The translations under genes and the position numbers were made by a program. Source: an uncultured bacterium (lineage in GTDB: Bacteria; Acidobacteriota; Thermoanaerobaculia; Multivoradales; JAHZIX01). From it: a DNA stretch of 64,000 nucleotides. Where the stretch lies: assembly GCA_965368975.1 (NCBI GenBank), contig CBDUPA010000001.1, positions 288,001-352,000 of the forward strand. Reading direction: 5' to 3'. Positions 57,781 through 64,000 of this stretch are shown piece by piece. The number at the start of each line of letters is the position of its first letter. The first letter of the stretch is position 1. The notes beneath the pieces were generated by a model, which was given only the letters and a program-made list of their open reading frames with translations, was not told where the DNA came from and did not search any database.

Positions 57781-59321
57781 GCGTCCCCGAACTGCGCCTG
57801 CGCACCGTCCACGACGCCCCGGCGCGCCCGGACGGAGACTTCGTCCTCTACTGGATGATCGCCCACCGGCGCCTGGGCTGGAATTTCGCCCTGCAGCGGG
57901 CGGTCGACGAGGCGTCACGCTTGGACAAGCCGCTGGTGATCCTGGAAGCGCTGCGCTGTGGCTACCGCTGGGCCAGCGACCGTCTGCATCGTTTCGTTAT
58001 CGACGGCATGGCCGACCACGCACGTCAGCTCGACGGAAGTGAGCGGCAAGGGGTCGTCTATTACCCCTACCTGGAGCCCGAGGCGGACGCCGGCAAGGGA
58101 CTCCTGGAAGCGCTGGCCGAGCGGGCCGCGCTGGTCGTCACGGACGACTTCCCGTGCTTCTTCTTGCCGCGCCTGGTCGAGGCGGCCGGTCGCCAGCTAG
58201 CCCGTCTCGAGCCAGGCGGCTTGGCGGAGGGCACCGGTGTGCGCCTGGAAGCCGTCGACGCCAACGGTCTGCTACCGCTGCGCGCCGCCGACAAGGTCTT
58301 CGCCCGCGCCTTCGACTTCCGTCGCTTCCTGCAGAAGAACCTGCCCAGTCACCTGGGTGACCTGCCGCGTGTGGACCCTCTGTCCCTGCAAGACGGCGGT
58401 CCTGGCCTGCCGCCCCTCGACGCGCACCAGCTGGACGGAATCGAGCAGCGCTGGCCGCCGACGCCGCGCGACGTGCTCGACGCCCCCGCGGACCTGCTCG
58501 CCCGCCTGCCGATCGACCACGATGTGCGTCCCTGGGACGGCCTGCGCGGCGGCGACGGCGAAGCGGCCATGGCGCTGCAGCGCTTCCTCGACGAGCGTCT
58601 CGCCTCCTACGGTGACGGTCGCAACCATCCCGACGACGACGCGGCCAGTGGCTTCTCACCCTACCTCCACTTCGGCCACCTCGGCGCACACCAGGTGTTC
58701 ACCGCCCTCGCCGAGCGCGAAGGCTGGACGCCGCAGCGGCTGAGCGACACCACGCGCGGTCAACGAGAGGGCTGGTGGGGCATGAGTGCGTCTGCCGAGT
58801 CCTTCCTCGACGAGCTCGTCACCTGGCGCGAAGTGGGCTACAACATGTGCTGGCAAGAGCCCGCCTACGACCGCTACGACAGCTTGCCCGACTGGGCGCG
58901 CGCAACTCTCGCCGAGCACCAGGGTGACGAGCGTGAGCATGTCTACACCCTGGAGCAGTTCGAGCGCGCCGAGACCCACGACGAGCTGTGGAACGCCGCC
59001 CAGCGTCAACTGGTCAAAGAAGGTCGCATGCACAACTACCTGCGCATGCTGTGGGGCAAGAAGGTCCTGCACTGGACCGAAGATCCACGCACCGCCGTCG
59101 ACATCCTGGTCGAGCTGAACAACAAGTACGCCCTCGATGGTCGCAACCCGAACTCGTACAGCGGTATCTTCTGGGTCTTCGGCCGCTACGACCGCGCCTG
59201 GGGTCCCGAGCGTCCGATCTTCGGCAAGATCCGTTATATGACCTCCGACAGCACCCGCCGCAAACTGCGCCTGACGCAGTACCTGCAGCGCTACGGCTCG
59301 GCCAACCGGTCGCTCTGGTGA
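57777..59321 (+). CDS. phrB: Class II CPD DNA photolyase
   Basis: VLYWM, SPYLHFGHL, MHNYLRMLWGKK, LDGRNPNSY, ERPIFGKIRYM. Confidence 0.92.
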   Translation: MSVPELRLRTVHDAPARPDGDFVLYWMIAHRRLGWNFALQRAVDEASRLDKPLVILEALRCGYRWASDRLHRFVIDGMADHARQLDGSERQGVVYYPYLEPEADAGKGLLEALAERAALVVTDDFPCFFLPRLVEAAGRQLARLEPGGLAEGTGVRLEAVDANGLLPLRAADKVFARAFDFRRFLQKNLPSHLGDLPRVDPLSLQDGGPGLPPLDAHQLDGIEQRWPPTPRDVLDAPADLLARLPIDHDVRPWDGLRGGDGEAAMALQRFLDERLASYGDGRNHPDDDAASGFSPYLHFGHLGAHQVFTALAEREGWTPQRLSDTTRGQREGWWGMSASAESFLDELVTWREVGYNMCWQEPAYDRYDSLPDWARATLAEHQGDEREHVYTLEQFERAETHDELWNAAQRQLVKEGRMHNYLRMLWGKKVLHWTEDPRTAVDILVELNNKYALDGRNPNSYSGIFWVFGRYDRAWGPERPIFGKIRYMTSDSTRRKLRLTQYLQRYGSANRSLW

Positions 59322-59710
59322 TGGGCACGAGCCTGGGGCACCACCTGCTGGTCGACGCCAGTGGCTGCGACGCACGAGCCCTCGACGACCCGGACCGCGT
59401 CCGTGCCGCCGTCCAAGCCGCTGTCGACGCCGCCAACGCCACCCTCCTGGACCTCCACGTCCACCGCTTCGCCCCCCACGGCGTCACCGCCACCGCCACC
59501 CTCGCCGAAAGTCACATCGCCGTCCACACCTGGCCCGAACACGCCTACTTCGCCGCCGATATCTTCTTCTGCGGCGACCGTGACCCGCGCCCGGCGGGAG
59601 AAGTGCTGGCGTCGCGGCTGGGGGCCGGGGAGGTGCGGTATCGTCAGGTGGAGCGGGGGATGGGACCGCTCCCGGCGGGATCAGGCTCAGGGCCCCTTGT
59701 CCACCCTTGA
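59321..59710 (+). CDS. speD: S-adenosylmethionine decarboxylase proenzyme (class 1b)
   Basis: LGHHLLVD, HRFAPHGVT, LAESHIAVHTWPE, DIFFCG; TGATG coupling to the photolyase. Confidence 0.88.
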   Translation: MGTSLGHHLLVDASGCDARALDDPDRVRAAVQAAVDAANATLLDLHVHRFAPHGVTATATLAESHIAVHTWPEHAYFAADIFFCGDRDPRPAGEVLASRLGAGEVRYRQVERGMGPLPAGSGSGPLVHP

Positions 59711-59840
59711 AGCTCCCGACCGCCCCTGGCCAGAAGGTCGTCCTGTCAAGTCCGAAAGTACGTGTGTGGTAACATGTCGATGATCGTACATTTTCTGTGC
59801 CGCAAGATGACTCGAACGTAGTGCTTCCAGGAGATCCCGG

Positions 59841-60971
59841 GTGAATATCAAAGATGGTGCCAGGGTTGTGTGTTGTCTGCTGGTGTCGGCACTGGCGTGG
59901 GTTCTGCCGGCGGCCGGACAGGTGGAGCTGGACGTTCGGATGCCGGACGGCACCGCGGTTCTCGTGCAACTGGCACAGAATCAGGACATCCAGTTGCAAG
60001 ACGAACTGACAGGCACCGTCTACCGCCTGCGTCTCGAAGAGGGAGCGGAGGCCGGATCGCGAGTCGGGCTGTTGCTTCTCGACGGACAAGATCAACTCGT
60101 GCAGCGCGTCGAGCTGGCCGGAGGCGAGCGGACGACTGCGGGACGCGACGGCCAGTTCATCGAGATCGCCCGACCTGAGGCGTCGCAGGCCGTACGGAAC
60201 GAGCGCCCGGATGCGGACTCCGGCATGGTACGTCTGGAAATCGATTGGGGCCTCGGGGACACTCCGGCGGTCGCTCTGGCGATGCCGGGCGAGCCGGTAC
60301 AGCTGAGCCGCGGGGAGGCCGTGCTGCGAGCCACGGTCGCCGGTGGCTTGCCAGGTAGTTTGACTGAGGTGGTGATCGAGCGCGCTGGGCGCTCTGCTCG
60401 GTACGCGCTGCCACTGGGGGCTCGACTGAGCGTGCCGGCGGTCGGTGATGTACCGGCGATGGCTCTGAGTGCGACGGCGCACACGCCGAACCCTGGCCAG
60501 GCTTACACGGTTGCGACCTCCGATGCGCTGATAGGACTTTGCATTACGTTGCAGGACGGCGAGAGCATCAGGGGGGTCGTGCAGGAAGGTGAACTCTTCC
60601 GGCTGAGTACGGGGGAAGAAGGGCCGGTCTTGGGATTGAGCGCACACCACGATGCGCAGGCCGACTCGGTCTCGCTCCAGGTGTTCGAGATTCATTTCCT
60701 GGGGAACGGTCGCGAGGGGCTCGAGCACCTACAAGCGTTCGAGTCGACCGCCGATGCCGGTGTTCGCCTGGACGTGGACGGCGCGGTCGCCGATGTGCGT
60801 GCGACTCGCTTGCAGCCGAATGCGGAGAGCCCGGACAAAGCAAGTATTTGCTGGTTGGGCTGTGGCACCTGGACGGCCTGTGGTTGCGCGGTCTCCTGTA
60901 ACGGCACGTCGTGCTGCGTCGGAGATTGCTGCGACGGCGACGGCAGTGGGCCGTTTCAGCAGTCGCCGTAG
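59841..60971 (+). CDS. Secreted hypothetical protein with Cys-rich C-terminus
   Basis: Signal peptide; terminal CWLGCGTWTACGCAVSCNGTSCCVGDCC. Confidence 0.7.
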   Translation: MNIKDGARVVCCLLVSALAWVLPAAGQVELDVRMPDGTAVLVQLAQNQDIQLQDELTGTVYRLRLEEGAEAGSRVGLLLLDGQDQLVQRVELAGGERTTAGRDGQFIEIARPEASQAVRNERPDADSGMVRLEIDWGLGDTPAVALAMPGEPVQLSRGEAVLRATVAGGLPGSLTEVVIERAGRSARYALPLGARLSVPAVGDVPAMALSATAHTPNPGQAYTVATSDALIGLCITLQDGESIRGVVQEGELFRLSTGEEGPVLGLSAHHDAQADSVSLQVFEIHFLGNGREGLEHLQAFESTADAGVRLDVDGAVADVRATRLQPNAESPDKASICWLGCGTWTACGCAVSCNGTSCCVGDCCDGDGSGPFQQSP

Positions 60972-61090
60972 CGGGATTGTCGGAACTCTCGCTGGGTTTT
61001 CGAGCGCCTCTGGAACGAGGTAGGAGCGCCGCGAGGTAGAGTGTTGGCCTGTGCCGCGTCGACCCGCAACCTCCCGCCCGGAGACCCTCC

Positions 61091-62116
61091 ATGTCCCTAC
61101 TCCAAACCCCGCTCACCGACCACCTCGGCATCGACGTCCCCCTGATCTGTGGCGCCATGTATCCGTGCTCCAATCCGGAGCTAGTGGCGGCCGTGTCGGA
61201 AGCGGGGGGTATCGGGGTGATCCAGCCGCTGTCGATGGTCTACGTGCACGGGCACGACTTCCAGGAGGGCATGCGGCTGATGCGTAGCTTGACCTCCAAG
61301 CCGGTGGGCATGAACGTGATCGTCGAGAAGTCGTCCAAGGTGTACCAGGAGCGCATGGAGCGCTACACCGACCAGGCGATTGAAGCGGGGGTGCGGTTCT
61401 TTGTCACGTCGCTGGGCAATCCGCGTTGGGTGGTGGAGAAGGCGCACGCGGTGGGGGGGCACGTGTACCACGACGTCACCGAACGCAAGTGGGCACTCAA
61501 GGGGCTCGAAGGCGGAGTCGACGGGCTGATCGCGGTCAATCGACGCGCCGGTGGCCACGCGGGGGCCAAGAGTGCCCGCGAGCTGCTCGACGAGATGGGC
61601 GATCTCGGGGTGCCGGTGGTGTGTGCGGGTGGCATCGGTGACGAGCAGGACTTCGTCGAGGCACTGCGCATGGGCTACGCGGGGGTGCAAATGGGCACGC
61701 GCTTCATTGCCACCACCGAGTGCAGCACGCACCAGGACTACAAGCAGGCGGTGGTCGATGCGCAGGAGGACGACATCGTGCTGACCGAGCGCATCACGGG
61801 GGTGCCGGTAGCGGTGATCAAGACGCCCTTCGTCGAGAAGCAAGGCACCAAGGCCGGGCCGATCGCACGCTGGATGCTGCAGGGGCGGCGCACCAAGCAC
61901 TGGATGCGCATGATCTACTCGCTGCAGTCGCTGTGGAAGCTCAAGCGCTCGTCGCTGCGTTCGTTCTCCTACAAGGACTACCTGCAGGCGGGCAAGAGTG
62001 TCGCTGGCGTGAAGGCGATCGAGCCGGCGGGGGACATCGTGCGTCGTTTCGCCGCCGCCGCGAAGTCCGCCGACGGTGCCTCCACGAGTGTCTCCAAGAG
62101 TGACGCCGCAGGCTGA
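61091..62116 (+). CDS. Nitronate monooxygenase/FabK-like flavin oxidoreductase
   Basis: ELVAAVSEAGGIG, AGGHAG, VVCAGGIG, GVQMGTRFIATTE. Confidence 0.88.
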   Translation: MSLLQTPLTDHLGIDVPLICGAMYPCSNPELVAAVSEAGGIGVIQPLSMVYVHGHDFQEGMRLMRSLTSKPVGMNVIVEKSSKVYQERMERYTDQAIEAGVRFFVTSLGNPRWVVEKAHAVGGHVYHDVTERKWALKGLEGGVDGLIAVNRRAGGHAGAKSARELLDEMGDLGVPVVCAGGIGDEQDFVEALRMGYAGVQMGTRFIATTECSTHQDYKQAVVDAQEDDIVLTERITGVPVAVIKTPFVEKQGTKAGPIARWMLQGRRTKHWMRMIYSLQSLWKLKRSSLRSFSYKDYLQAGKSVAGVKAIEPAGDIVRRFAAAAKSADGASTSVSKSDAAG

Positions 62117-62149
62117 CGGAGGCGTGGCGAGGAAATTCGAAGGCAAGTC

Positions 62150-62179
62150 TTGCATCGTTCCTGCGGTGTGTGCTAGCTT
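62150..62179 (+). promoter_or_regulatory. Sigma70-like promoter candidate
   Basis: TTGCAT (62150), 18-nt spacer, TGc-TAGCTT (62174). Confidence 0.4.
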
Positions 62180-62394
62180 CCTCAAACCGGTGACGGTACA
62201 CAACTCGATTCGCAGTCCATGAGTACCGTCGCGGCTTCCTTTCTATCTCATTCCACACACAAAGGGTCCACGGCTTCAACTTAGGTTGTACGTCAGCAGT
62301 ATTTCTATGCTCGTCTACCAGACGCCGGGCGAGCAGATTACTGCCTTTTATAACCATACATTCGGAATCGTAAGTCCGAGAGGAGAGAGAAACT

Positions 62395-64000
62395 ATGCGT
62401 TCGACCCCATTGTACGTGGCCCTGCTGGGCCTGCTGATCCTGGGCCTGGTGGCCCTGCCCGCCACGGCACAGCGTGATGCCCATCAGTCGGCCAACGACA
62501 TCGAGGTCTATGAAGATGGAAGCCTCATGGTCAACGGCCTGTGGTTCGAGGACAACCTCGCCTGGCAGCTGTCTGACGAGTTCAAGCAGGGTGGCCACCG
62601 TTGCGCCACCGAGAACAGCCGTAACAACCGTAGCGAAGCTGCGCTGTGGGGCGAGAAGGCCGCCTCGGATTGCTCGATGAGCTCGACCACCATCCAGTCG
62701 CAGTTCGTGCCGTCCAACGGCTCGGTGCTGACCATCCCGGTGGTGTTCCACATCATCAGCCAGACCGGCGGTACCGGCAACATCTCTGACAGCCTGATCA
62801 ACAGCCAGATCGACATCCTCAACGAGGACTTCCGGGCCCTTTCCGGCACCCCGGGTGCCCCGGGTGTCGACACCCGGATCCAGTTCGTGCTCGCCAGCAC
62901 CGATCCGAACGGCAACGCCACCACCGGTATCAACCGTGTGACCAACAATGCCTACTTCACCGATCCGGGCCCGGGCGCGTACAACGACATGAAGGATGCC
63001 CTCAACTGGGATCCCACGGACTACCTGAACGTCTACACCAACGACGCCGCTGGCAACCTCGGCTACGCCACCTTCCCGGCGCAGGACGCGGGCACCTACC
63101 TGGACGGCGTGGTCCTGCTGCACTCGTCCGTGGGTCGTAACTCCCCGGGCGGCGGCATCTACAACCAGGGTCGTACCGCCACTCACGAGGTCGGTCACTA
63201 CCTGGGCCTGTTCCACACCTTCCAGAGCGGCTGCGGCTCGGCCAGCTCGCCGTACACCACCGGTGACCTGATCTCTGACACCGCCCAGAACTCGGCGCCC
63301 AACTACAACTGCCCGACCAGCGCCACCTCCTGCGGTAGTGCGGACCCGATCCGCAACTACATGAACTACACGCAGGACACCTGCATGAACCAGTACACCG
63401 CCGAGCAGGCCAACCGTGCGCGTTGCTCGCTGGACGCCTACCGTTCGGGTCTGGTCGACGGCACCCACGGCGGCAGCGGTGGCGGCACCGGTGGTCCGAC
63501 CGCGCTGACCAACGGCGTGGCCCAGACCGGTCTCTCCGGTTCCACGGGTTCCGAGCAGTTCTTCACCCTCGACGTGCCCTCCGGCGCCACCAACCTGAGC
63601 TTCGTCATGAGCGGTGGCTCGGGTGATGCCGACCTCTACGTCAAGTTCGGCAGCGCGCCGACCACCTCCAGCTGGGACTGCCGTCCCTACGCTGGTGGCA
63701 ACAGCGAGAGCTGCCCGATCAGCCCGGCGCAGACCGGCACCTACCACGTCATGATCCGTGCCTACAGCACCTTCAGTGGTGTCTCCCTGACCGGCAGCTA
63801 CACCGCTGGCGGCGGTGGCTCCAGCCCCTGCACCGGCGGCGCCAGCTGCGAAGCCTACTCCGGTAGCCTGACCGGCACCGGTGACAGCGACGCGCATCCG
63901 AACGGCACCTACTACCAGTCCACCGTTTCCGGCACCCACCAGGGCTGGCTCGAAGGCCCCGGTTCGGCCGACTTCGATCTGGAACTCTACAAGTGGACCG
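62395..64000 (+). CDS. Secreted M43 (ulilysin/pappalysin-like) zinc metalloprotease with PPC domains; 3'-truncated and absent from the ORF track
   Basis: AGGAG SD; MRSTPLYVALLGLLILGLVALPATA signal; GHRCAT Cys-switch, IPVVFHII, THEVGHYLGLFHTF, NYMNYT; GDADLYVKFG PPC domain. Confidence 0.92.
   Translation, partial: MRSTPLYVALLGLLILGLVALPATAQRDAHQSANDIEVYEDGSLMVNGLWFEDNLAWQLSDEFKQGGHRCATENSRNNRSEAALWGEKAASDCSMSSTTIQSQFVPSNGSVLTIPVVFHIISQTGGTGNISDSLINSQIDILNEDFRALSGTPGAPGVDTRIQFVLASTDPNGNATTGINRVTNNAYFTDPGPGAYNDMKDALNWDPTDYLNVYTNDAAGNLGYATFPAQDAGTYLDGVVLLHSSVGRNSPGGGIYNQGRTATHEVGHYLGLFHTFQSGCGSASSPYTTGDLISDTAQNSAPNYNCPTSATSCGSADPIRNYMNYTQDTCMNQYTAEQANRARCSLDAYRSGLVDGTHGGSGGGTGGPTALTNGVAQTGLSGSTGSEQFFTLDVPSGATNLSFVMSGGSGDADLYVKFGSAPTTSSWDCRPYAGGNSESCPISPAQTGTYHVMIRAYSTFSGVSLTGSYTAGGGGSSPCTGGASCEAYSGSLTGTGDSDAHPNGTYYQSTVSGTHQGWLEGPGSADFDLELYKWT

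Noticed and set aside
62338-63939. 533-aa minus-strand ORF
   Set aside because: Antisense shadow of the plus-strand M43 protease, which has clear motifs but no stop codon inside the window

Overview
High-GC bacterial chromosomal window with about 50 genes. Gene content (Oar-like TonB receptor, DUF4388, TPR-like helical proteins, TolB/TPR Ser/Thr kinase, RsbW/RsbV) suggests Acidobacteriota, possibly Thermoanaerobaculia; this is an inference. Housekeeping genes (large NAD-GDH, PPK2/PAP, glpX, dcd, acyl-CoA dehydrogenase, polyprenyl synthase) alternate with accessory blocks. The best candidate for an undescribed system is the operon at 35247-46234: a divergent DUF2064 leader protein ending in an RGPP ribosome-arrest-like motif, whose codons are complementary to the SD of the next gene, followed by a TonB-dependent receptor, a YnjBCD-type ABC importer (interrupted by vapBC), a tandem GATase-like fusion protein and a radical SAM enzyme. 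Other notable items are a Dnmt2-like C5 methyltransferase; an AT-richer metallophosphoesterase-NACHT gene beside an XRE/TPR/small-peptide cluster; a KaiC/RAD55-like ATPase + ATP-dependent DNA ligase + Fur + class II photolyase + SpeD operon; a RAYT transposase with REP pairs; short tandem repeats at gene boundaries; and a structured leader upstream of an M43 protease that runs off the window end. No rRNA, tRNA or CRISPR array was seen. All family assignments come from motif recognition by eye, not database searches.
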